Assembly: GCA_011772495.1 (NCBI GenBank)
Contig: WVZL01000016.1
Location: 228,499-292,498, forward strand
Direction of reading: 5' to 3'
Length of the DNA stretch: 64,000 nt
DNA from: Candidatus Aminicenantes bacterium
Lineage (GTDB): Bacteria; Acidobacteriota; Aminicenantia; Aminicenantales; Aminicenantaceae
Made by a program: the position numbers and the translations under genes. The notes beneath the pieces are model-generated. The model saw nothing but the letters and a program-made list of their open reading frames with translations. It was not told the origin of the DNA and did no database searches. This document shows positions 9,843-18,933 of the stretch, piece after piece; within the stretch, counting starts at the first letter, position 1, and every line of letters starts with the position of its first letter.

Positions 9843-9896
9843 TAGAATAGCTGTTCTGTCTATTGGAACCAAAAAGGAAAAAAGATTTGATCAGAG

Positions 9897-10325
9897 TTAC
9901 TTTGTCCGGGTCTTGGATCGAGGGAAGTGTGCTTCTACCAAAGATTTCATTCCTCCCCTGGGATTGAACTCTCCGGTGACAGAAGCCCGGACTGGATGAC
10001 AGGCTTTGATGACATCCTCCAATATACGATTGACCGCATTCTCGTAGAAAATGCCCAAGTTTCGGTAAGCCAGGAGGTAATTCTTAAGAGATTTCAGCTC
10101 CAGACAGTTTTTCTTGGGTATGTAACGAATGGTTATTATGCCAAAATCCGGCAGCCCGGTTTTCGGACAGACTGAAGTGAACTCAGGAATCTCTATTTTA
10201 ATTTCATAGTCAGGGAACTGGTTGGGAAAAGTCTCGATCAATGGAAGCTTTTCCTTTAAACCGGCTCGGGCCTCCTTTTCGGTCATTCGAGGCCTTGCAT
10301 TCCCTTTCTTGCTCATTTTCTTCAT
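9897..10325 (-). CDS. queF: NADPH-dependent 7-cyano-7-deazaguanine (preQ0) reductase QueF, type I
   Basis: It carries EFTSVCPKTGLPDFGIITIRYIP, the QueF catalytic Cys motif, and ELKSLKNYLLAYRNLGIFYENAVN...FNPRGG. I chose the start at MKKMSKK. The track ORF extends to 10403 from a TTG, which would add an atypical 26-aa N-terminal extension. Confidence 0.85.
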   Translation of the reverse strand: MKKMSKKGNARPRMTEKEARAGLKEKLPLIETFPNQFPDYEIKIEIPEFTSVCPKTGLPDFGIITIRYIPKKNCLELKSLKNYLLAYRNLGIFYENAVNRILEDVIKACHPVRASVTGEFNPRGGMKSLVEAHFPRSKTRTK

Positions 10326-10684
10326 TTTTTTGGAGTATATAACAACTGAAAAAAGATAACAATCTTCTTCTACTGCCTTCAAGAAACAGATATGATTCAT
10401 CAATCCTCAACTCCTCTTTAATGAATTTAACCCAACAGATGCAATTTTCACCCGAGAGATTTAATATCAATGAACTTTTTAACTAAAATGATTGAGCAGA
10501 ATTTGTCTTAGTAAAATTGGCGATTTTTTAATATAATAGCTCTTCTCTTGGAAGAGATTGGCTACCCTTTTTCTTTAAGGCTCGACAAAGACTTAATTCA
10601 AAGCTAGTATCGCTACGGGTCATCGGAACACAGATTAATGAAGAACTTGAGCTTGTGCTTATTCCATCATTGAGGGAGTTTAGC

Positions 10685-10888
10685 ATGAAAGAATGCAACA
10701 GCGAAAAAAATATCGAGAAATGCAATTGCACCTGGGAGCCGTGCAGCCGCAAAGGCGTCTGCTGCGAATGTCTCCAGTATCACTGGAGCATGAACGAGCT
10801 CCCCGCCTGCTTGTTTCCGGATGAGGTGGAAAGAACCTATAACCGATCTCTAAGAAGATTTATCGAAGTTTGCAAAGACAGGGCTTAA
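10685..10888 (+). CDS. Small Cys-rich cytoplasmic protein (DUF6485-like)
   Basis: It contains CNCTWEPCSRKGVCCECLQYHWSMNELPACLF, with 7 Cys in 30 aa. GAGGGAG lies 7 nt upstream of the MKECNS start. Confidence 0.5.
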   Translation: MKECNSEKNIEKCNCTWEPCSRKGVCCECLQYHWSMNELPACLFPDEVERTYNRSLRRFIEVCKDRA

Positions 10889-10897
10889 CAAAGCACC

Positions 10898-11845
10898 TTG
10901 AACTCAATGCAAGAAAAAAGCACTGCGGTTTGTGTCTACGGCCCTGTTCCTTCCCGACGCCTGGGATTTTCCTTGGGCATTGACATCATCCCCGCTAAAA
11001 CCTGCTCCCTGGACTGCATCTACTGCCAATTGGGCCCCACCACCAAAAAAACTCTCCAAAGAAAAGAATATATCTCTTGGAAAAAGATTACGTCCCAAAT
11101 TAAAAGTATCCTTGCCTCGAGGCAGCGGATCGATTACCTGACTTTTTCTGGCTCTGGAGAGCCAACTCTAAATTCAGCCTTAGGAAAACTCATCTCAGAA
11201 ATCAAGAAAATAACCTCCATCCCAGTGGCTGTCTTGACTAACAGCTCTCTCCTTTCTCGAAAAAGCGTCAGGGAAGCTTTAATGGAGGCAGACGTAGTCG
11301 TTCCCTCTTTGGATGCCGCCACCCAAGAGGTCTTTATTAACCTCAACCGGCCGCATCCATCCCTTAAAGCCGAGAAAATCATAACGGGATTGAAAAAGTT
11401 TCGCCAGGAATTCAAGGGTTCTATCTGGGTCGAGGTCATGCTGGTGAAAAATATCAACGATTCTCCTTCTCATATCCAGAAACTCAAGGAAGTCATCGAG
11501 GAGATAAAACCTGAGAAAGTCCAGCTTAACACGGTGGTGCGTCCTCCCTCAGAAGAATTTGCCCGCCCTTTAAGTTCAGAAGAGCTGGAAAAAATAAGGG
11601 ACGCTTGGGGCGAAAACTGCGAGATAATTGCTGAATTCGAAAAGAAGATACAAATACCTCGAGAGGCAAATCAGGAAGAAGCTATTCTCTCCATGATTCA
11701 GCGAAGGCCTGTAACTCTCTCGGACATTTCCACCTCTTTAGGAAAGGACAAGAATGAAATCAGAAAGCACCTTGGCGCTCTCCTCAAAGAAGGAAAAATC
11801 AAACTGGTCATCCACAAGAAAATAAAATACTACGAGCCAATATAA
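10898..11845 (+). CDS. Radical SAM protein (COG0731-like) with a C-terminal winged-helix-like tail
   Basis: It begins VYGPVPSRRLGFSLGIDIIPAKTCSLDCIYCQ, which contains the CxxxCxxC motif, and has FSGSGEPT. The C-terminal segment is PVTLSDISTSLGKDKNEIRKHLGALLKEGKI. Confidence 0.75.
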   Translation: MNSMQEKSTAVCVYGPVPSRRLGFSLGIDIIPAKTCSLDCIYCQLGPTTKKTLQRKEYISWKKITSQIKSILASRQRIDYLTFSGSGEPTLNSALGKLISEIKKITSIPVAVLTNSSLLSRKSVREALMEADVVVPSLDAATQEVFINLNRPHPSLKAEKIITGLKKFRQEFKGSIWVEVMLVKNINDSPSHIQKLKEVIEEIKPEKVQLNTVVRPPSEEFARPLSSEELEKIRDAWGENCEIIAEFEKKIQIPREANQEEAILSMIQRRPVTLSDISTSLGKDKNEIRKHLGALLKEGKIKLVIHKKIKYYEPI

Positions 11846-11956
11846 TCCTATGAGATTGCTTCGCTCCGTTCGCCATGACAGTCTGAAAAGTTTCTTGCCT
11901 GGATATATAACTTCAAATTGAAAAGCAAAAGGAAATAAATCTTGCGAGGAGTCAGG

Positions 11957-12469
11957 ATGAAGGAAATCAAGGACCTGACAAAGGAAGAACTTCTTGAATT
12001 CCTGACCGACGCTTCAAAAAATTGGCTTGCCCATGACGGCCTCTGGTTTCGTTTGGTCGAAGAGAAGTTTGGCCTCAAAGCAGCCATGGAGCTGGACCGG
12101 AAGGCCTGGGAAAAGTTCACTGTCATCGAGGCCCAAAGGATCATGAAAAGGCTGAACCTGGAACCAGGAGGAGGAATTCCGGCCCTTGTTCAGGCTCTTA
12201 AATTCAGGCTCTACGCGCTCATCAATGTTCAAGAGGTCAAAGAGGTGAGTGGCACTCGCTGTGTCTTCCGGATGAACAGATGCCGGGTGCAGGAGGCAAG
12301 ACAAAGCCAGGGGCTCCCTGATTTTCCCTGTAAAGATGTAGGAATCGTCGAGTACAGCGGATTTGCCAAAACCATAGACTCCCGAATAAAAACCACCTGT
12401 TTAATCTGCCCTCCTGATCCCCATCCTGCCGATGTCTGGTGTGCCTGGGAATTCAGGCTCGAACCTTGA
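11957..12469 (+). CDS. Hypothetical protein (DUF6125-like)
   Basis: It contains NWLAHDGLWFRLVEEKFGLKAAMELDRKAWEKF and a C-terminal Cys pattern. GAGGAG lies upstream of the MKEIKD start. The family recall is tentative. Confidence 0.4.
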   Translation: MKEIKDLTKEELLEFLTDASKNWLAHDGLWFRLVEEKFGLKAAMELDRKAWEKFTVIEAQRIMKRLNLEPGGGIPALVQALKFRLYALINVQEVKEVSGTRCVFRMNRCRVQEARQSQGLPDFPCKDVGIVEYSGFAKTIDSRIKTTCLICPPDPHPADVWCAWEFRLEP

Positions 12470-12746
12470 TTTTCGTGGACAGCAATTCAGCTAAAATTAT
12501 TGAAAAATGGCTCTTTTCATTTTGTTTGAATTATGGTAACTATATGCTTCTTCTATGATCCCCTTCAAGTCTTGAAATTAGTAAAAGTGCCTCTCAGTAG
12601 AAAGGAAAAGTGTGCAGGGAGGATTTCGCAGGGAGAGTATTTATGGTCCCCTGAGGATTAACTAGAGGTGATCCTCGAAACCATAAAGAAATGATTCTTA
12701 TGCAACATAACATAAATGTCAGGCAAGAGAATTAAAGGAGTCAAAC

Positions 12747-13712
12747 ATGTTTGAAAATACCTATTTCCCCCGAGCCAAGAAGTACTGGCAAAAGGGGAAA
12801 CTCCATGACTGGTCCCAAGCCCTAGTTCATTCCATGGCCCATGCCCTGCATTACGGGAGTTCTGTCTTTGAGGGGATTCGGGCTTATAACACCTCGAAGG
12901 GGCCAGCCATCTTTCGCCTCCCAGAACATATCGAAAGGTTCTTCCACTCAGCCGCCACCATAAAAATGCAAGTCCCTTACAGCAAGGAGGAAATCGCCAG
13001 GGCCATCAAATTAGTCATCAAAGAAAACGATTTAGAGTCAGCCTACATCCGGCCACTGCTTTTCTACAATTATGGAAACCTGGGCCTTGTCCCTAAGTAT
13101 TCTCCTGTTGAGCTGACCATAGCTGCCTGGGACTGGGGAGCCTATCTAGGACCCAAGACAGAAAAAGGAGCAAAGGTCTATATCGTCCCCTGGCGGAGAA
13201 TCCATCACAGCCAGTTGGATATGACAGCTAAGCTCGGCGGCATGTATGTCCAGTCAACGATTTGTGGGATGGAAGCCCGCTCTCAAGGTTATGACGAAGC
13301 CGTTCTTCTGAATCTGGAAGGGAATATCGCTGAAGGCCCGGGAGAGAATATTTTTATCGTCAAGGATGGAGTTTTGAAAACCAATGATAAAAGAGAATCC
13401 ATCCTCGAAGGAATCACCAGGGCGAGTCTGTTGGAAATAGCCGCTGACCTTGGTATTAAAACTCATATCGGACCCCTAGCCAAGGAGGAGCTCTTCCAAG
13501 CAGATGAAGCCTTCTTTTCAGGGACAGCCGTTGAGATCACTCCCATAACTCGGGTAGTGGATGGCTCCAATCCTCAGGAGGAGAAAAAAGAATTCACCAT
13601 CGGCTCCGGGGAAGTCGGAGAATTGAACCGCCGCTTGTCTAAATCTTATCAAAATATTATCAGGGGAAAAATAGAAAAATATGAAAAGTGGCTGACCTAT
13701 GTTAATGAGTGA
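12747..13712 (+). CDS. ilvE: Branched-chain amino acid aminotransferase
   Basis: It carries HYGSSVFEGIRAYN, IRPLLFY, LGGMYVQSTICGMEARSQGYDEAVLLN and GTAVEITPI, consistent with a fold-type IV PLP aminotransferase. A good SD (AAAGGAG) precedes it. Confidence 0.9.
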   Translation: MFENTYFPRAKKYWQKGKLHDWSQALVHSMAHALHYGSSVFEGIRAYNTSKGPAIFRLPEHIERFFHSAATIKMQVPYSKEEIARAIKLVIKENDLESAYIRPLLFYNYGNLGLVPKYSPVELTIAAWDWGAYLGPKTEKGAKVYIVPWRRIHHSQLDMTAKLGGMYVQSTICGMEARSQGYDEAVLLNLEGNIAEGPGENIFIVKDGVLKTNDKRESILEGITRASLLEIAADLGIKTHIGPLAKEELFQADEAFFSGTAVEITPITRVVDGSNPQEEKKEFTIGSGEVGELNRRLSKSYQNIIRGKIEKYEKWLTYVNE

Positions 13713-13778
13713 GTAGCTTGCTTTGCAGCTGCCCAAGCATTAACAGCCGCATTTTTTCAGATCGCTGGAAGACATCCC

Positions 13779-14219
13779 TTGGAAAGACAAGACAAAGGCA
13801 CTTATCTTCTAGTCCTAGAAGTGAAAGAAGATCAAACAATAGCCATCGGTAGACGACCCTTGACCGACTTTAAAAAGGGAACTTATCTTTATGTGGGAAG
13901 GGCCAAAAATGGCCTCCAGGGAAGAATAAGACGCCACTTGAGCAAGAAGAAAAAAAGATACTGGCATATTGACTATTTCCTCCAGAAAGCTAAAGTTCAG
14001 GAAATCTGGATAAAACCCGACTTTTTCGATGAATGCCCTACCGCTCTCAAAGTTAAAAGTCTTGTAAAAGATAGTTCCTCTCCTTTGAAAAAATTCGGTG
14101 CCTCGGACTGCAACTGCGCCAGTCACCTCTTTTATCTGCCTAAAGGGAAAGGCCGTCTGAAATCTCTACGGCGAACACTCTCTTTTGAAAAGGTTGAAAT
14201 CCATGGAAATCAAGCTTAG
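13779..14219 (+). CDS. DUF123 (GIY-YIG/Uri superfamily-like) protein
   Basis: It contains GTYLLVLEV....GTYLYVGRAKNGLQGRIRRH....YWHIDYF, the pattern characteristic of DUF123. It uses a TTG start. Confidence 0.6.
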   Translation: MERQDKGTYLLVLEVKEDQTIAIGRRPLTDFKKGTYLYVGRAKNGLQGRIRRHLSKKKKRYWHIDYFLQKAKVQEIWIKPDFFDECPTALKVKSLVKDSSSPLKKFGASDCNCASHLFYLPKGKGRLKSLRRTLSFEKVEIHGNQA

Positions 14220-14661
14220 GCCCATCGGCGTTGTTCATTCACCTTTCAAGACAAACGAAGACATCGAGACTGAAAGATTCGCTGACCCTCAGGGTTTCGA
14301 TTCGGTGGAGGGAGACCTAGAAATATTTGAAGAATATGAAGCAGGATTAAAGGATACAGAGGGATTCTCTCATCTCATTATTATCTTTGCTTTTCATGAA
14401 TCTGAAGGATACAGACTCCACACCAAGCCTTTTCTGGATGATCAACTCCGTGGTCTATTTTCCACCCGCTCTCCTAACCGTCCGAATCCGATAGGGTTGA
14501 CAGTCGTTAAGGTGGTGGAAAGAAAAGGAAATAGGCTTCGCGTCAAAGGAATCGATATGATCGAGGGAACCCCAATCCTGGAAATCAAGCCCTATACTCC
14601 GAGAGACCAAAAACCTTCCATCAAATTCGGCTGGCTAGAAGACAAGATGAAGAAGAAATAG
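14203..14661 (+). CDS. trmO: tRNA (m6t6A37) methyltransferase TrmO/TsaA (YaeB family)
   Basis: It carries IKLRPIGVVHSPFK, GFSHLIIIFAFHES, RSPNRPNPIGLTVV and GIDMIEGTPILEIKPY. The start was chosen at MEIKLRP and overlaps the DUF123 gene by 17 nt. Confidence 0.85.
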   Translation: MEIKLRPIGVVHSPFKTNEDIETERFADPQGFDSVEGDLEIFEEYEAGLKDTEGFSHLIIIFAFHESEGYRLHTKPFLDDQLRGLFSTRSPNRPNPIGLTVVKVVERKGNRLRVKGIDMIEGTPILEIKPYTPRDQKPSIKFGWLEDKMKKK

Positions 14662-14779
14662 GGAATTTTTCCCCTGTTGGGCCTTGCTTGTTTTGGTTGA
14701 AAATTTCTGGTATAAAATTTACGCATTAGAATAACATAAACCTAAAATCTTATTCTCTGTATCTAAAAAGGAGGAAAAT

Positions 14780-16123
14780 ATGACCAAATTCATTTCCGCT
14801 GCCCTTGTCCTTTTTCTGCTCCTGTCGATCCCACTTCATCTCAAGGGTTCCAAGGTCTTTCCATATGATTACCAAATCGAGGAATTGGAAAACGGCCTGA
14901 GAGTTATCTCTATCCCCCTCGGCAACCCCAACATCATTTCTTACTACACCATCGTCCGTTCAGGCTCCAGAAACGAAGTCGAACCTGGGAAATCTGGGTT
15001 TGCTCACTTCTTCGAGCACATGATGTTCAAAGGCACCAAAAAGTTTCCTACTCAGGTCTACGAAGAAATCTTAACGGGATTGGGTGCAGGCACAAACGGC
15101 TATACCTCAGACGATTACACCTGCTATTACGTTGTTTTTGCCGGAAGAGAAAACCTGGAGAAAGTCGTAGAGCTCCAAGCTGACATATTCATCAATCTCT
15201 ACTACACCGAAGAAATGCTCAAAACAGAAGCCCCGGTTATAGAAGGAGAATACTACCGCAGCGTTTCCAATCCAGGCCGCAAGATTTACGAAATTTTGAG
15301 GGATACTGCTTTTGAAAAGCACTCTTACAAACACACTGTTATAGGCTATTTCGATGATATCCTGGATATGCCCAACCAGTTTGAATACAGCCAGCTCTAC
15401 AGAAAGCGCTTTTACGCTCCTGATAATACCATTGTTCTCGTGGCTGGAGATTATGACCACGATCAACTGATGGAGTATATCAAGAAATATTATGGCGACT
15501 GGGAAAAATCAGGGTACAAACTCGTGACTCCTGAAGAGCCCCCTCAAAAGAAAGCCAAAAGAGCTCACTTCGATTGGCCCACGAAAACACTTCCTCGCTT
15601 GGCTATCGGCTTTCATGGGCCTGCTTACTCTGAAGAGAAAATGGATAAAGCTGCTCTCAACCTTCTGGCTGAAATCGCCTTTTCCCGCTCATCTCCTCTT
15701 TATCAAAAATTGGTCATCGAGGAACAAAAATGCCTCAGCCTGTATGCCAGCTTTGGGGACCGCCGCGATCCCTACCTCTTGACCTTCAATTCCATAATCA
15801 AAAAGGACGAAGACCTTCCCTATGTGGAGAAGGCAATATCCCAGGAGCTGGAAAGGCTCAAGAAAGAACCTGTCGCCGAAGAAGTCCTGACTGATGTGAA
15901 ATCCAACCTGAAATATTCCTTTGCCAATTCTATGGGAACCACTGATGGAGTGGCCAGCTCCCTGGCTTTTTATATCAATTTGGCAGCTGACCCAGAAACT
16001 GTGAACAGACTCTTCGCCCTGTATGAAAAGGTAACCCCCGAGGACATTCAAGACATGGCAAAAAAATACTTCAAAAAGACAAACAGCACGGTGGTCACCC
16101 TAGCAGGAGGAAAATCAAAATGA
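14780..16123 (+). CDS. M16 (pitrilysin/insulinase) family zinc peptidase, catalytic subunit, secreted
   Basis: It has a signal peptide and the inverted zinc motif HFFEH in GFAHFFEHMMFKGT. A strong SD (AAAGGAGGA) precedes it. Confidence 0.85.
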   Translation: MTKFISAALVLFLLLSIPLHLKGSKVFPYDYQIEELENGLRVISIPLGNPNIISYYTIVRSGSRNEVEPGKSGFAHFFEHMMFKGTKKFPTQVYEEILTGLGAGTNGYTSDDYTCYYVVFAGRENLEKVVELQADIFINLYYTEEMLKTEAPVIEGEYYRSVSNPGRKIYEILRDTAFEKHSYKHTVIGYFDDILDMPNQFEYSQLYRKRFYAPDNTIVLVAGDYDHDQLMEYIKKYYGDWEKSGYKLVTPEEPPQKKAKRAHFDWPTKTLPRLAIGFHGPAYSEEKMDKAALNLLAEIAFSRSSPLYQKLVIEEQKCLSLYASFGDRRDPYLLTFNSIIKKDEDLPYVEKAISQELERLKKEPVAEEVLTDVKSNLKYSFANSMGTTDGVASSLAFYINLAADPETVNRLFALYEKVTPEDIQDMAKKYFKKTNSTVVTLAGGKSK

Positions 16124-17655
16124 GAAAGAGAAAAAATTTTCTGTTCGGAATCTTTTTTCTGGGTTTATCATTTTTTTTGTTTTCATGCGCTAAAGTCGAC
16201 CCCAACACACTTTCTTCTGAACTCCTCCTCCTTGAGGGAAACCCTCTGGTCAGCTTCAGAATTTTGCTCAAGGTTGGCTCAGCCCATGACCCGGCTGGGA
16301 AAGAGGGCCTCTGCCAGCTGGCCTTCACTATGCTCGCCAGCGGCGGTAGCCAGAGCCTGACGTTTAAGGAAATATCAAAGAAATTATATCCGATGGCTGC
16401 TCGAGTAGGACTAAGAGTGGACAAAGAGATGTCCGTTTTTACCGGGCAGGTTCACACCGACAATCTGGAAAAATACTACGCTATCCTGAAAGACATGCTC
16501 CTCAATCCCGGCTTCAGGGAAGATGATTTCAAGAGGATTAAAACCAACCATCTCAACTTCTTGCAAAAGACCTTAGTCGGGAGCAACGATGAACAGTTCG
16601 GAAAAGAAATCCTGAACCTGCTGATGTACGAAGGGCATCCCTACGGCCATCACGAAGCAGGAACGGTAGAAGCACTGGAAAGCATAACTTTGGATGAGAT
16701 AAAGGCCTTTTACAAAGAGCATTTCCTCCAGGGCAATATCACCATCGGTCTGGCCGGCGGGTATCCTGCTGATTTCCCGGACAAGGTCAGGGAAGATTTC
16801 TCCGCGGTGCCAGAAGGATTAACTGCTCCTTTAGCGCTGCTTGAACAGCGCAGTTCTGAAGGGCTTGAAATTGTCATAGCTGACAAAAAGACACCGGCGA
16901 CGGCTTTCTCCATGGGGTTTCCAGTGCCCATTTCCAGGGCTGATGAAGATTTCTTTGCTTTATGGATTGCCGGCTCTCACTTCGGAGAACACAGGCAGAG
17001 CGTTTCCCACCTCTTTCAAAAAATCCGCGAAGAGAGAGGACAGAATTACGGCGATTATGCTTACATCGAACATTTTATCCAGGGAAGGCGTAAGTTTCCG
17101 GCCACCAACTACTGCCGGCAACAGCAGTACTTCTCTATCTGGATTCGTCCTCTAGCCAATTCCAACCGCCACTTTGTCCTCCGCCAGACATTAAGAGAGC
17201 TCAAAAAGCTGGTCGAAGAAGGCATCTCCAGGGAAAGGTTTGAACTGGTGCGAACCTACCTCCTGAACTACACCAAACTCTACACTCAGACTCTTGGCGA
17301 GAGGCTCGGCTGGCAGATGGATTCTCACTACTACGGCTACCAAGATTTCTTGGAAGAAGTGCAGAGGAGGCTGCCCAAGATTAAACACGAAGACGTCAAC
17401 CGGGCCATCAAAAAATATCTGAACTTCAACAATATCTACATTGCCATTATCACCGAGGATGCAGAAGCCTTGAAAGAGGCCATGGTAGCCAACACACCAT
17501 CACCGATTACCTATGCCAATCCCAACATGCCCCAGGAAATACTCGAAGAAGACCTCGTCATCCAGAGTTTTCCTCTCGATATAAAGCCGGAAAAGGTTAA
17601 AATCGCAACCAACACAGAATTTTTCCAGAAAACAGGACTTCCCCAGATTGATTAG
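16120..17655 (+). CDS. M16 family peptidase-like protein, non-catalytic partner subunit
   Basis: Its architecture is M16-like but it has no HxxEH motif. It carries a lipoprotein-like signal (FFLFSCAK). It overlaps the upstream M16 gene by 4 nt (ATGA). Confidence 0.75.
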   Translation: MRKRKNFLFGIFFLGLSFFLFSCAKVDPNTLSSELLLLEGNPLVSFRILLKVGSAHDPAGKEGLCQLAFTMLASGGSQSLTFKEISKKLYPMAARVGLRVDKEMSVFTGQVHTDNLEKYYAILKDMLLNPGFREDDFKRIKTNHLNFLQKTLVGSNDEQFGKEILNLLMYEGHPYGHHEAGTVEALESITLDEIKAFYKEHFLQGNITIGLAGGYPADFPDKVREDFSAVPEGLTAPLALLEQRSSEGLEIVIADKKTPATAFSMGFPVPISRADEDFFALWIAGSHFGEHRQSVSHLFQKIREERGQNYGDYAYIEHFIQGRRKFPATNYCRQQQYFSIWIRPLANSNRHFVLRQTLRELKKLVEEGISRERFELVRTYLLNYTKLYTQTLGERLGWQMDSHYYGYQDFLEEVQRRLPKIKHEDVNRAIKKYLNFNNIYIAIITEDAEALKEAMVANTPSPITYANPNMPQEILEEDLVIQSFPLDIKPEKVKIATNTEFFQKTGLPQID

Positions 17656-17660
17656 AGATT

Positions 17661-18842
17661 TTATCCCAGAACTTTAAAAAAACGAGAAAAAACCTCATTA
17701 GCTCGGCGCAGATAATGGATCAGCTTTACTTCTGAGAGCGGAATATAGTTTCTCTGGGCAATGAATTGACGGGGAGCGAAAAATGTCCTTCCCACAAATT
17801 TCAGCTTAGCGAATACCCCCCGGTTCATCGAAAGGTGGACGAAATAACTCAATCCAGGAAGACGCCGATTTCTTGAGATGGCGTTCATAAAAATTTTCTC
17901 GCCCACACTGAAATGCTTAGGCCTCAACTCCGATAGAACATCTTCAGGGATTTGGGTTCCCAAAAATTTAGAGCTGAAATAGAGGCTCAAATAGACCATT
18001 TTATCCAGATTAAATTCGTAAGTCTCGTATATCAGGCGGCTCCAATCCAATCGTCCCTGATAATAATTCACAGCCTCATTGATGTCGCACAAAAGGCTTA
18101 ATTTACTCAAAGAATGGGTCACCCGGAGAGCATGTTCTGAAAGGTGGATGAGCAGGTGGTGGGGCGCCATGACCAATGTTTCTACGCCTGCAATCTCAGT
18201 ATTTTCTGCATCCCTCCAAACATTTTCCATTTTAATATTTCTAATGTATGATTCATTGGGAATCGTGGAGTTGACAAAATGCCAGTGGATATGAAAAGAG
18301 GGCGAATTCTCTTCTCTGCTTCGATAATCGAGGGTGGTCAAATAGGTCGAGGAAAAATCAACTTCATCCACTCCGGCATCCACTGGCCCATAACCTAATG
18401 TTTTAAGCCGCTCATCTGCGTGGGCCATGTCTTCTTCTTTCACCAGCAGGTCTACATCTGACATGGGCCTCAAAGCTATGTTTTCATATACTTCCTCTGC
18501 TAAGGCCGCGCCTTTTAGGACTATGACTTCGGGTCCTGAATTCTTGAATGCTTCTAGGACCTTTCCCAACTCCTTAAAAATAAGGGTATTCTTGGTGGCA
18601 TTCAGATAATAATCCTCTTCGAATCCTTCAAAAATATCACCTGGAATGCTCGGATAGTCCTGCATGATTTCATTTAATCTTGAATAGAGTAAGGCTGAAA
18701 CCCCATTTTCTCTCGCCTTCTCCAGGAAGATTCCCCAATCTAACCTATTCTTCACTGCTTCAATGATTTTGCGCTCAACCAACTCTTCTTTTTCTCTTCG
18801 ACAGCAGTAAAGCAGCAATCGATCTTCTTGTGTCCAGCTCAA
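17661..18842 (-). CDS. NTP_transf_5-type (uncharacterised) nucleotidyltransferase family protein
   Basis: VLKGAALAEEVYENIALRPMSDVDLLVKEEDMAHADERLKTLGY matches the hallmark block of the PF14907-type family. It is the last gene of the RiPP-like operon. Confidence 0.7.
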   Translation of the reverse strand: MSWTQEDRLLLYCCRREKEELVERKIIEAVKNRLDWGIFLEKARENGVSALLYSRLNEIMQDYPSIPGDIFEGFEEDYYLNATKNTLIFKELGKVLEAFKNSGPEVIVLKGAALAEEVYENIALRPMSDVDLLVKEEDMAHADERLKTLGYGPVDAGVDEVDFSSTYLTTLDYRSREENSPSFHIHWHFVNSTIPNESYIRNIKMENVWRDAENTEIAGVETLVMAPHHLLIHLSEHALRVTHSLSKLSLLCDINEAVNYYQGRLDWSRLIYETYEFNLDKMVYLSLYFSSKFLGTQIPEDVLSELRPKHFSVGEKIFMNAISRNRRLPGLSYFVHLSMNRGVFAKLKFVGRTFFAPRQFIAQRNYIPLSEVKLIHYLRRANEVFSRFFKVLG

Positions 18843-18933
18843 TTATTTACTCCTCTGAGAACTTTCCTTTCCAAAAGGAGAATTGAAAATGAATCAAGAC
18901 AAGCCCGAGAAAAATATTCTCTATTACACGAAT

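Noticed and set aside
10326-10530. A preQ1 riboswitch upstream of queF
   Set aside because: The reverse-complement leader has no recognisable preQ1-I or preQ1-II core, meaning no compact hairpin followed by an A-rich tail with the ACUA/CUAA context.
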